Notes under the pieces: model-generated
What the model was told of the DNA's origin: nothing
The model's database searches: none
The model's input: only the letters and a program-made list of their open reading frames with translations
Position numbers and translations under genes: made by a program
In this document: one piece after another, positions 46,180 to 55,221 of the stretch
Numbering within the stretch: position 1 is the first letter of the stretch
Layout of the letters: every line of letters starts with the position of its first letter
DNA from: Spirochaetia bacterium
Lineage (GTDB): Bacteria > Spirochaetota > Spirochaetia > DSM-2461
NCBI GenBank assembly: GCA_963666985.2
Contig: CAXXIA010000002.1
Coordinates: 832,001 to 896,000 of the forward strand
Direction of reading: 5' to 3'
DNA: 64,000 nucleotides

Positions 46180-47652
46180 ATGAAGAATCGTGTCGTTATT
46201 CTTTTTACCGCCCTTTTCATCGCTCTGGCGGTACCGGGCGCCCTTTTCGCCAACGGCGTCGAAGATGCCTCGGACACCATGGAAACGGCTCAGGCCAAAT
46301 ACGTTTTCCTCTTCATCGGAGACGGTATGGCTCTGCCGCAGATTTCGGCCACGGAAGCCTATTTGAACTATCAGAACAGCTCGAACGCCGGCGTTAGACT
46401 TTTGGCCATGAGTCAATTTCCCGCACAGGGACTCACTACCACCTATTCGGCCGACCGCTTCATCACCGATTCGGCCGCCGCCGCCACGGCCATTGCCTGC
46501 GGCCAGAAAACCAACACCGGTGTGATCGCCATGAACTCATCGGCGACGGTCGGTCTGAAAACCATTGCCGAAATGGCCAAAGAGGCCGGCATGAAAGTCG
46601 GGATTCTTTCCAGCGTCAATCTGGATCACGCTACTCCGGCTTCCTTCTACGCCCACTTCAAAACCCGCAACGACTATTACGAAATCAGCCGTCAGATGGC
46701 AAACAGCGATTTCGATTACTTCGCCGGCGGCATGGTTCGACTCGACAAAACCCCCGAAGGTCAAAAGAACGCCATCGACATGATGAAAGACAACGGCTGG
46801 GAAGTCACCACAACGCGTTCCCAGCTGAATACGCTTCAGCCTTCGGATAAACAGGTTTACGCCTACTATGCCACCAGCTTCACCCGCAACTCCATCGACT
46901 ACACCCTCGATCAGGAAAGCGACGATATCACCCTGGCCGAATACACCAAAAAAGGGATCGAGCTTCTGGATAATCCCAACGGATTCTTCATGATGGTGGA
47001 AGGCGGAAAAATCGACTGGGCCTGCCATGCCAACGACGCGGGTTCCTCCATCGGCAATACCATTGCTTTCGATGACGCCATTAAGGAAGCCGTCGCGTTT
47101 TACAACCGGCATCCGGATGAAACCCTCATCGTCGTTACCGGCGACCACGAATGCGGCGGTTTAACCCTGGGATTCGCCGGAACCCAGTACGATTCGGCCT
47201 TCGCCGATATCGGCAAACAGAACATGAGTTACGAAGCGTTCGACAATTTCGTCATCAAACCCTTCAGGGCCGACAATCCCAACGGATCTCTCGCCGATCT
47301 GCTGCCGGAGATTGAAAAAGGATTCGGCTTAACCAATCTTTCCGATTACGAAATGCAGCTTTTGGAAACAGCATTCGAAAATACCATGCTGGATAAGAAA
47401 GAACGCGCCAAGGATGAAGCCACATACCTGAATTACGGCGGATACGAGCCTCTTTCGGTAACCATCACCCACATTCTGAACAACCGGGCCGGGCTGGCCT
47501 GGACTTCCTATTCCCATACAGCCGTTCCGGTTCCCACCTTCGCCATGGGCGCAGGACAGTCGCTGTTCAACGGCTACTACGACAACACCGATATCTTCAA
47601 GAAAACCGCCGCCGTTATGGGACTCGGCCAAGCCGTTTCCATGGCCCGCTAA
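46180..47652 (+). CDS. phoA: Alkaline phosphatase (PhoA family)
   Basis: 'FIGDGM', 'TDSAA' (Ser nucleophile), 'HATPA', 'VEGGKIDWACHAND', 'GDHECGG', 'YDNTDI'. Confidence 0.93.
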   Translation: MKNRVVILFTALFIALAVPGALFANGVEDASDTMETAQAKYVFLFIGDGMALPQISATEAYLNYQNSSNAGVRLLAMSQFPAQGLTTTYSADRFITDSAAAATAIACGQKTNTGVIAMNSSATVGLKTIAEMAKEAGMKVGILSSVNLDHATPASFYAHFKTRNDYYEISRQMANSDFDYFAGGMVRLDKTPEGQKNAIDMMKDNGWEVTTTRSQLNTLQPSDKQVYAYYATSFTRNSIDYTLDQESDDITLAEYTKKGIELLDNPNGFFMMVEGGKIDWACHANDAGSSIGNTIAFDDAIKEAVAFYNRHPDETLIVVTGDHECGGLTLGFAGTQYDSAFADIGKQNMSYEAFDNFVIKPFRADNPNGSLADLLPEIEKGFGLTNLSDYEMQLLETAFENTMLDKKERAKDEATYLNYGGYEPLSVTITHILNNRAGLAWTSYSHTAVPVPTFAMGAGQSLFNGYYDNTDIFKKTAAVMGLGQAVSMAR

Positions 47653-47687
47653 GAAACAGACGGCTCATTAAAACTCTTGGTATCTTG

Positions 47688-47717
47688 AGTGGGGCCCCTT
47701 TCGGGGCTCCGCTTTTT
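47688..47717 (+). terminator. Terminator-like hairpin after phosphatase gene
   Basis: AGTGGGGCCCC-TTTC-GGGGCTCCGCT-TTTT. Confidence 0.65.
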
Positions 47718-47733
47718 CCATTGGAAGACAAAC

Positions 47734-48918
47734 ATGCCGAATGTCAAAAAAACAGACAAGCAAAACATCATTCTTACCGCCGTTCTGGCGCTCTTAACCA
47801 TTGCCGTTTTCTTCATACCCACTCATTTCGGTTCACCCGCAACTGTGAAAACGATTCGCTCCAAAGCGAAAATCATTGAGGTTGACAACAGCACCATTGA
47901 ACAATGCGGCATCGTTATAACCGGCGATCAGGGACTGACCTTTAAAATCATGAACGGACCGTTCAAAGGAACCGTTTTGGAAGGCAACAATCTTCTCATG
48001 GGGAAAATGGACATCGACAAGCTTTTCGATGTCGGTGACAAGGCCCTTGTTACTCTGTATGTGGATGATGCTGTCGAACGGATTCTCTCCAATCAGGTGG
48101 TTGATCACTACCGAACCAATATCGAACTGATTCTGCTGGTTCTTTTTGCGGCCATGCTTATCGGTTTTGCGGGCTGGACCGGTGTGAAAGCACTGCTTTC
48201 CTTTATTTTTACGGCGGCGGCCATTTGGAAAATTCTCATTCCCGGATTGCTGACCGGGATTTCCCCGATGCTTCTCTCTTTGGCCGTCGTCAGTATCATG
48301 ACGGCGGTTATCGTTTTTCTGGTCGCCGGGATTTCCCGAATGGGCGCGGTGGCGTTTCTGGGGGCCATGTCCGGCATCGCCGTTACCGCCGTTTTATCAC
48401 TCACCTTCGGCCGGGCCTTTAAAATTCATGGTGCCGTAAAACCCTTCGCCGAAACTCTGCTTTATTCGGGTTATCCGACTCTGAACCTCACATCCATTTT
48501 CTTATCGGGAATTTTCATGGCCGCATCCGGAGCCGTTATGGACATCGCCATGGATATCGCCGCTTCAATGAGGGAAGTAAAAGACAAGCATCCGCTCATC
48601 ACGCGATCCGAACTCATCCGCTCAGGCTTCAGAGTGGGCCGGGCCGTTATCGGCACAATGACCACGACGCTGCTGCTGGCCTATTCGGGCGGATACACCT
48701 TCATTCTGATGGTCTTCGTAGCTCAAGGAACACCGCTTGTGAATGTCTTTAACATCATCTATGTGAGTTCGGAGATTCTCCACACCATCGTGGGCAGTTT
48801 CGGTTTGGTTCTTGTGGCGCCGCTGACGGCCCTTATCGGAGGATTCCTCTATTCGAAGGAACAATCCCCGAAGAGCGGCATTGAGGCCGTCATTCCAAAA
48901 AAAAGAGCCGGCTCTTGA
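47734..48918 (+). CDS. YibE/F family membrane protein
   Basis: 'SGAVMDIAMDIA', 'VIGTMTTTLLLAYSG', 'GSFGLVLVAPLT'. Confidence 0.88.
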   Translation: MPNVKKTDKQNIILTAVLALLTIAVFFIPTHFGSPATVKTIRSKAKIIEVDNSTIEQCGIVITGDQGLTFKIMNGPFKGTVLEGNNLLMGKMDIDKLFDVGDKALVTLYVDDAVERILSNQVVDHYRTNIELILLVLFAAMLIGFAGWTGVKALLSFIFTAAAIWKILIPGLLTGISPMLLSLAVVSIMTAVIVFLVAGISRMGAVAFLGAMSGIAVTAVLSLTFGRAFKIHGAVKPFAETLLYSGYPTLNLTSIFLSGIFMAASGAVMDIAMDIAASMREVKDKHPLITRSELIRSGFRVGRAVIGTMTTTLLLAYSGGYTFILMVFVAQGTPLVNVFNIIYVSSEILHTIVGSFGLVLVAPLTALIGGFLYSKEQSPKSGIEAVIPKKRAGS

Positions 48919-48985
48919 GGATCGGAGGCGGACGAACCTGTCGGTTCATTCTCCATAAGGCGATGCGCCAGCGATATCGCGGTGT

Positions 48986-51136
48986 TTATAAATGCACCCC
49001 TCCATACCATTTCAGAGTTCCGGCCCAGCCGTTTTCTCCGTCCCAGCGGGTTCCGCCGTCGAGTAAAACGCTCTCGTGGTTCCAGGGCGATTTCACCGTT
49101 AAGCCGAAACCGGTATAAACACCGAACTTCTTTCCAAAGCCCGCCGTAACACTGAAAGTTGGAACGGTAAAGACGTTGTCCAAGGTTTCTTCCATGGTAT
49201 CGTACATATTATAATCCGCGAGGGCCGTTCGAAGGTCATACTCGAATTCCAAATACACCGGCCGAAAGGTTGCCCGCAGACCGATACCGAATCCGAAAAT
49301 AAGCCCGTCGCTGTCCCAATTCCATTGATCAAAACCGAAGATGAACCGGGTGTAATAGTACCGGTTTCCGGTTTTCACACTCAGATACTGACGGTTGCCC
49401 TGCTCATAACGGAAATCCAAATCAAGAATACCGTTCTTGGAGATGTTCACCAAACCGATGGGGAAAGCCCGCATGTCCTCGGAATAGTTAATCAGTCCCA
49501 CCAGGACGCCATGGGAAGTTTCGGAGACGTTAATCAGACCGATTTGCGTTCCGTCGAGCTCTCCGCATCGATTGAGAAATCCCGAAATCTGCGCTCCGGT
49601 AATCGATCCTTCGGCAAGATTCAGAAAGCCGGCGACCTTGCATCCTTTCATATCGCCCCGGACACTGCCGTAGAATCCCGCCGCCTGCACTCCTTCGAAC
49701 GAATCGTCCGCGGAAACGAAAATTCCGGCGGCCTGTACTCCCGTAAGAGGCCCTCCCGTGCGGGCAAAAATTCCGGCAGCCTGAACGCCCGAAACCGAAC
49801 CGGCCGTTTCCGCGAAGAATCCCGCCGCCTGCACTCCCGAAAGAGGACCTAAGTTTTTCGCTCCGAAATTGGCTTGCTGTATACCTTCAACGCCTCCGGC
49901 GGTCATGGACATGAAGAGAGCCGATTGAACGCCCTGAATTCCCCAGGCGGATGCGATGGGCAAACCGAGCTGGAGGTTCACAACGGCTTCGGAAACGTTC
50001 GGGAAACTCAGCGACGGGAAAATGCCTAAGGAGGCGACCACTTCCTTGCGTTCTGTTTCCGGTTCCTCGCCGCGGAATTGCGTATACTCAGGCCTAACCC
50101 GGGAAAAATCATCGCCGTCAACCATCGTCGGAACACCCCGCTGAAGAGAAACCGCTCCCGAATATCGGGTTTCATCCCGCATAACCACGACATCGTAGGC
50201 TCCCGGCGGCAGGGCCATCACCACTTCTTCCTCGGATCTTTTATTAATCTCGGCGACAAGAAGTCCCGTATTATCGCGGACGGCGATACGCCCGCTTAAT
50301 GAAGAAGCGAAAATCATCGATGCGGTGGGGCTGCTTAAATCGGTAAGAACCAAATCGCCGGTGCCGGTAAGCCGAATGTCGTAAGCCGGATGCTGTGGAC
50401 CGCCGAGAGTTTTTTCGGTCCGGGCAAGAGTTTCCGCATAGGTATGCTGGTATATCTCGTTCAGCGTTACGCGGCCGTCGCGGGTGGTATCCGCCGCGCC
50501 GCGAAGCCCGCTTACAAGATAATGGGTAAAAAACGATCCCCCGATGGCGTCCGATTCCTGACTCACCTCATCCGCGGAGCTGGAGGTTAGAAACGCATGC
50601 CCCTCCATTCGCGAGGAATCATCCATAAGGAACGGGGCCCTGCGGATTCCGCCCTTCTCCCGGGTGAACGCGCCCGAAGCGCAGGAATCAAGGATGGCGA
50701 CCAGAACGTCCGCGTCCAGGTTTTCCAGCCGATCCCGAAGACGGCCGTAGGAATACCGCTCTTCTCCGAGCATCAGGCCGTTCTCGTCGGAATGCCCCGA
50801 GTAATAGAACACCACTTCCGTCCTGCGGGCATTCCCCGCCTCGCCGATATTGCGTTCCATCACGGAAAGGGCGCCGTCCAATTCCTCAACATCCGGTTCA
50901 AAGAGAATCACTTCATCCTGAGGCGCCACGCCGCCGAGATCTCCCAGCGTTCGGGACATGGTAACAACATCGTCATCGGCGTACATCAGACGCATCCGGC
51001 CTGTTCCGCCGTTGTTCGAGGCGACATAGAGTCCGAATCTGCGAACCGACAGTTCCTCGGCGCTCTGCGCGATCAGACCCGATGAGGTCAGAATCAAGAT
51101 TAAAATCGGTAAAATACGTTTTCTCTTCATGTTCAT
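48986..51136 (-). CDS. Exported caspase-family (C14) protease with 16-aa surface repeats and probable C-terminal beta-barrel
   Basis: Signal peptide; 'RLMYADDD'; His in 'YYSGHS' (50792-50794), Cys in 'LDSCASG' (50681-50683); 'SFFTHYLVSGLRGAAD'; GVQAAG repeats; amphipathic beta C-terminus. Confidence 0.88.
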   Translation of the reverse strand: MNMKRKRILPILILILTSSGLIAQSAEELSVRRFGLYVASNNGGTGRMRLMYADDDVVTMSRTLGDLGGVAPQDEVILFEPDVEELDGALSVMERNIGEAGNARRTEVVFYYSGHSDENGLMLGEERYSYGRLRDRLENLDADVLVAILDSCASGAFTREKGGIRRAPFLMDDSSRMEGHAFLTSSSADEVSQESDAIGGSFFTHYLVSGLRGAADTTRDGRVTLNEIYQHTYAETLARTEKTLGGPQHPAYDIRLTGTGDLVLTDLSSPTASMIFASSLSGRIAVRDNTGLLVAEINKRSEEEVVMALPPGAYDVVVMRDETRYSGAVSLQRGVPTMVDGDDFSRVRPEYTQFRGEEPETERKEVVASLGIFPSLSFPNVSEAVVNLQLGLPIASAWGIQGVQSALFMSMTAGGVEGIQQANFGAKNLGPLSGVQAAGFFAETAGSVSGVQAAGIFARTGGPLTGVQAAGIFVSADDSFEGVQAAGFYGSVRGDMKGCKVAGFLNLAEGSITGAQISGFLNRCGELDGTQIGLINVSETSHGVLVGLINYSEDMRAFPIGLVNISKNGILDLDFRYEQGNRQYLSVKTGNRYYYTRFIFGFDQWNWDSDGLIFGFGIGLRATFRPVYLEFEYDLRTALADYNMYDTMEETLDNVFTVPTFSVTAGFGKKFGVYTGFGLTVKSPWNHESVLLDGGTRWDGENGWAGTLKWYGGVHL
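49431..49946 (-). repeat. Protein-level ~16-aa tandem repeats (GVQAAGxF.. / GxQIGLxN)
   Basis: About 10-11 units within the caspase ORF, resembling spirochaete surface repeats. Confidence 0.8.
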
Positions 51137-52008
51137 GGTGCTTTTCGTATCGTTATCACGGTTATACCGGTTTTACCGACCGGATTGAGAATACTTACAT
51201 CAGGCAAAGAATCACCCCGATGGAAGCCCGCCAGCAGCGACTCGGCATCCGCAATGGGAAAAGAGCGATCGGACCATATCAGCGCGAATGCCTCGAAATC
51301 CGGTGCGTCGTCGAGTTCGTATGCATAAGGCAGAAGCTTTTCCCCGCCCATTCCCAACGGCACGGAATCCTCGCCGTCGGATGGCCAGTGCCGCGTTATA
51401 ATGCCGTTCCCATCCACGGAAACAATGGTTCCCCAGCAATCATTCCCGCCGAAGTATCCCACTTGAAGCAGATCATGTTCACCGGCGAGGTCGCCGGATT
51501 TCATCAGTTCCGCTCCATCCGGTCCGTCTTTGTACAGAATGAGTTCGGGAGACGCCGGAAAATCGGGTCTGTCGATTCCCTTGGGGCGCAAGATTTCGGC
51601 CGGCTCACTGTGGGAAGACTGCGTGCTCAAGCGCGGCAGAGCGATCAATACGGCGGCGGCCAATGCGGCCGCGGCGGCCAAGGGAACGATAACGCGAACC
51701 GGTCGAAATCGCCGGGACTCCGCGCTTTCGGCGGCCGCATCCCTTACGGTCTTATCCCTCTCCGGCCGGTTTCTCCCGGGGGCCCGGCGCCGGAGATCTT
51801 CACCGTTCCGGTTTTCTCCGGCCGCGCGGTTCAAAATGGCCCGAACCATATCGGCGGCCGGATACTGTTCCAGAATCTCTTGATCCGATTTATCCAAGGC
51901 GGCCATCCGGTTTTGAAAATCAGGTTCGGCTTCCAATTCACCGCGTTCCGATTCGGTAAGTTCGCCGAGACGGCAGCGCTCATAAGTCCATTCGCTTTTT
52001 TTGCTCAT
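51133..52008 (-). CDS. Single-TM anti-sigma-like protein with extracytoplasmic DUF4384-like domain
   Basis: Start ATG 52008 overlaps sigma stop; N-term 'ERCRLGEL..E'; TM 'VIVPLAAAAALAAAVLIAL'; 'DLLQVGY..SVDGNG..LPYAYELDDAP'. Confidence 0.72.
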   Translation of the reverse strand: MSKKSEWTYERCRLGELTESERGELEAEPDFQNRMAALDKSDQEILEQYPAADMVRAILNRAAGENRNGEDLRRRAPGRNRPERDKTVRDAAAESAESRRFRPVRVIVPLAAAAALAAAVLIALPRLSTQSSHSEPAEILRPKGIDRPDFPASPELILYKDGPDGAELMKSGDLAGEHDLLQVGYFGGNDCWGTIVSVDGNGIITRHWPSDGEDSVPLGMGGEKLLPYAYELDDAPDFEAFALIWSDRSFPIADAESLLAGFHRGDSLPDVSILNPVGKTGITVITIRKAP

Positions 52009-52493
52009 ATTCCGCCTCCTTTCGCCATTTTTTTCCCGTCGGCCCTGAGTTTCCTCAATCTTTTTCGCACGCCGGAGACCGACATTCCGGTGGCGGCGGC
52101 GGTTTCCTCCAGGGTGAATCCGTCGCGGTAATGCAGAAGCGCCATGGTCTTGGTGGACGGCGGCTGCTCTTCGAAAAGCTTCTCCAGAAACAGCTTGTCC
52201 ATCGTTCGCCCCTCGTGGTCCTCGGTACCGGCCATCGCGGAAAGCCATTCGTCGTCAACGGCGATAACCTGACGCCGGAAAGACCGCATGACATTCAAAC
52301 AGGTATTTGTGGCCGTCACGTACAGGAAGCTTGAAAGACCCGTTTCCTTAATTTTCTCTTCATGACGCAGCAGCTTCACAAAGACATCCTGCATGGCATC
52401 CAGAGCGGCCTGTTCCTCCCGCAGCAGGCTGCGGCACCTCCTGAGGACCATCGGTCCGTACGTGATGTAGAGCTGTTCGATGTCGACGGCCAA
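52005..52493 (-). CDS. ECF RNA polymerase sigma factor
   Basis: Region 2 'AALDAMQDVFVK..SFLYVTATNTCLN'; region 4 'DGFTLEETAAATGMSVSGVRKRL'; 162 aa. Confidence 0.92.
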   Translation of the reverse strand: MAVDIEQLYITYGPMVLRRCRSLLREEQAALDAMQDVFVKLLRHEEKIKETGLSSFLYVTATNTCLNVMRSFRRQVIAVDDEWLSAMAGTEDHEGRTMDKLFLEKLFEEQPPSTKTMALLHYRDGFTLEETAAATGMSVSGVRKRLRKLRADGKKMAKGGGI

Positions 52494-52561
52494 AGGGCGC
52501 TCCGATAATCCTTAAGTTCACTCACCCGGCGCCCGGCTCTAACCGCCGAGCACCGGGAAGA

Positions 52562-53143
52562 TCAGTTGAATGCGAATCCGAGGGAGAATACAGCCTCGAA
52601 TTCATCAAATTCCGGGTAATCGATATCCGAGCAGGGAACCCCCGCTCCCGTGGGCCGCCAGTTGAACTGTCCCGAGGCGTAGAGGCCGCCTCCGAAATGC
52701 AGCCCCACTCCCGTACCCAGATAAGGGTACATAACGGCGGCCACTCTCCGCACATCCCCGCAATCCTCTTCGCTGCACGGGGTGCACTCCACTTCCGCTT
52801 CTCCGGCGGCACCGAGACCGGCCTGAATGAACGGATCGATAAAAGCGCGGCGGTCACGGAAATGATAGCTCAAAAACATCCGGCCGTCCCAGTCTATGAA
52901 CCAATAGTCGTCGGATGTTTCTTCACAATGCACCAGAGCCGTTATACCGATGCCGACATGATCGAACAGAACCTCAAGGCCGATGCCTCCGAGATGGTCG
53001 ATGTCCTTGCCGTTATAAGCCGCGGAAACAACTTTCTGCTGATGATCCTGCATGGCCCATTGACCCGTTAAACGAATCTGCTGACCGAAAAGACCGGCCG
53101 TGCCGATGCCGATAAGCATGATGAATATCAGTAAGCGTCTCAT
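52562..53143 (-). CDS. Hypothetical outer-membrane beta-barrel-like protein
   Basis: Signal peptide; 'DPFIQAGLG', 'PYLGTGVGLHF', C-terminal 'FSLGFAFN'. Confidence 0.7.
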   Translation of the reverse strand: MRRLLIFIMLIGIGTAGLFGQQIRLTGQWAMQDHQQKVVSAAYNGKDIDHLGGIGLEVLFDHVGIGITALVHCEETSDDYWFIDWDGRMFLSYHFRDRRAFIDPFIQAGLGAAGEAEVECTPCSEEDCGDVRRVAAVMYPYLGTGVGLHFGGGLYASGQFNWRPTGAGVPCSDIDYPEFDEFEAVFSLGFAFN

Positions 53144-53195
53144 TCTTTCTTTCCTTCCTTCTTATCCTTACGCTGTCGCTTTTGATATGTACCTA

Positions 53196-53224
53196 AGACA
53201 CCTCACGGCGGTACATGTGTTACC
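53196..53224 (-). promoter_or_regulatory. Candidate ECF-type promoter
   Basis: Minus strand GGTAAC-N18-TGTCT upstream of the OMP-sigma-anti-sigma-caspase genes. Confidence 0.35.
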
Positions 53225-53403
53225 GTCGGGAAGAAAAAAATGGAAAGGATAAGAAAGGGATTCTTAAGGCGGTGCCGGTTGGAACCGTAGATGATCGTAT
53301 AAAACTATGAAGCGAAGTTATCGGCGCCGATGCGTTCTTTCAACAGCCGACCGGTGACAGATACAAAACTCTATTGGGTTATATACTATCGATGGAGATA
53401 AAT

Positions 53404-54237
53404 ATGAAACGCGCCGCGACCTTTTTCATGCTGTTCCTGACGACAACAATCATGCTCTTCGCTTCGGGCTCGGAAGAACCCGATGCCGACGGCTGGTATG
53501 AAGTACCGCGCCTCCGGGATTTCAGCGGAGTGCAGCTCAGAACCGACGCCGAACTGACGCTCGTTCCCGGCAGAGGGTATCGCGTCCGGGTTAAGGGCGA
53601 TCATCATGATATCGAAGATTTGGATATCTATGTTTCCGGAGATGATTTGATTATCAAAAGAGAAAGTCTTTTCTCTTTCTTCAACTCATCGAATACGGGT
53701 TTGGAAATAGAGGTAACGCTCCCCAAGCTTTCCCGCGCCGAAATTACCGCTTCCGGCTTTATGAAAAGTACAGGCTTGTTCGAATCGGGCGACTTGGAAC
53801 TGCGAACAACGGGATCCGGAGACATCGTTTTTGAAGCCATCGCCGATTCGCTCGAATGCCAATCAACAGGATCGGGCGACATCGAATATCGAGGACGGGC
53901 CGATTCTCTCGCTATACGGTGTACGGGATCGGGAAGCGCCGAAATGGAAGTCAGAGCCAATCTTGTGGATATTTCATTGACCGGATCCGGGAACGCGGAA
54001 TTACGGGGCGGGGCCGATCGGATGGATGTCCGTATTACCGGAAGCGGTAAACTTAAAGCGGAAGAATTTCCCGTCAGGAATGCCGATATAACACTGACCG
54101 GTTCCGGCGATGCCGAAGTGCGTGTTTCCGGTAACCTCAAGTGCCGAACAACAGGATCGGGATCGGTCTATTACGGCGGCAATCCCGAAAATCTGGATTT
54201 TCAGGGCGGCGGTTTAGGGAAGATTCAAAAGCGATAG
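53404..54237 (+). CDS. Head GIN / DUF2807-like exported beta-repeat protein
   Basis: Signal peptide; repeated 'TGSG' about every 19 aa; terminal 'GSVYYGGNP'. Confidence 0.85.
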   Translation: MKRAATFFMLFLTTTIMLFASGSEEPDADGWYEVPRLRDFSGVQLRTDAELTLVPGRGYRVRVKGDHHDIEDLDIYVSGDDLIIKRESLFSFFNSSNTGLEIEVTLPKLSRAEITASGFMKSTGLFESGDLELRTTGSGDIVFEAIADSLECQSTGSGDIEYRGRADSLAIRCTGSGSAEMEVRANLVDISLTGSGNAELRGGADRMDVRITGSGKLKAEEFPVRNADITLTGSGDAEVRVSGNLKCRTTGSGSVYYGGNPENLDFQGGGLGKIQKR

Positions 54238-54303
54238 TCTTTCCAAGGGCGGCGGTTATACGGCCCTTTCCCGGGCCGCCAAGATTCGTCCGAACCGCCG
54301 AAA

Positions 54304-55209
54304 TCAATACTCCCGGTCGCCCCGGATAACCCCGATAAGCTCCACTTTGGATCTGACCGAAAGCTTTTTATAAACATTGGCCACATGATTTCTGACGGTA
54401 TTGGGACTGATTCCCAAATTCTCGGCGATCTCCCCGTACGTAAGTCCCTGAACAAGATTCATCGCGATATCACGCTCACGATCCGTTAAAGGCAATTCAT
54501 CCGGGAGTTCTTTTTGTTTCTGACAATCAGGTTCGGGAGTGCCCATCTCCCGCAAGTAAAACACAATCCCCGTTATCGCCATCCACAGATAATAGAGAGA
54601 GAAAAAGAGAAACCGTATGGATCGGCTGACGGACCAGGGAACATCAACCTCCGCGAGGATGCGGCCGGCCATAACCAAAGGCAGAAAAGCGACGGTCAGA
54701 AGGGTAACCGATAAAACCGTAATCCGTGTGGTTCCTCGGCGAATCTGCGGCAGACTCCGGACAATATCCGATAAAATAACGGCCAGAGCCAGAAAATAAA
54801 TGAATGCCGCGGCCAATGAAATCTGTTTAAGAAATCCCGTTAACAGATAAACCGCACCCAGGGCAAAGTAGACCGCCGACGCGATAACGGTCGAAATCAG
54901 CCCCAGCCTGTTCCACTTCCTTCCGATAATATGATTAATCGTAGCCGGGAGATAATAGAGAAGCAGCGCGTAGCCCGCAAACTCCGCCAAACCCGTCCCG
55001 ATAATTACGGCCCGGCCGCCGTTGAGCAGCTCACTCCAATAAAAGCGGATACCGGCCAAAAGAAGCAGAAGCGCCAGATACGAGATAAATAAAAACGTGT
55101 TGAATCTTCCGGAGTTTTTCTTTCGCAGCCAGTAAAGGAGACTCAAGGCAACCGCCGCGAAAGTCATACCTACGGTAATAATATACAAAAAAAGGAATAT
55201 ATGATCCAC
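54304..55209 (-). CDS. Membrane-bound LuxR-family regulator
   Basis: About 7 TMs then 'LTDRERDIA...GLTYGEIAENLGISPNTVRNHVANVYKKL'. Confidence 0.88.
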   Translation of the reverse strand: MDHIFLFLYIITVGMTFAAVALSLLYWLRKKNSGRFNTFLFISYLALLLLLAGIRFYWSELLNGGRAVIIGTGLAEFAGYALLLYYLPATINHIIGRKWNRLGLISTVIASAVYFALGAVYLLTGFLKQISLAAAFIYFLALAVILSDIVRSLPQIRRGTTRITVLSVTLLTVAFLPLVMAGRILAEVDVPWSVSRSIRFLFFSLYYLWMAITGIVFYLREMGTPEPDCQKQKELPDELPLTDRERDIAMNLVQGLTYGEIAENLGISPNTVRNHVANVYKKLSVRSKVELIGVIRGDREY

Positions 55210-55221
55210 TACTTCAATCCG

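Noticed and set aside
52009..52248. N-terminal 80 aa of the 371-aa ORF
   Set aside because: Out-of-frame overlap with the ECF sigma gene; true start ATG 52008
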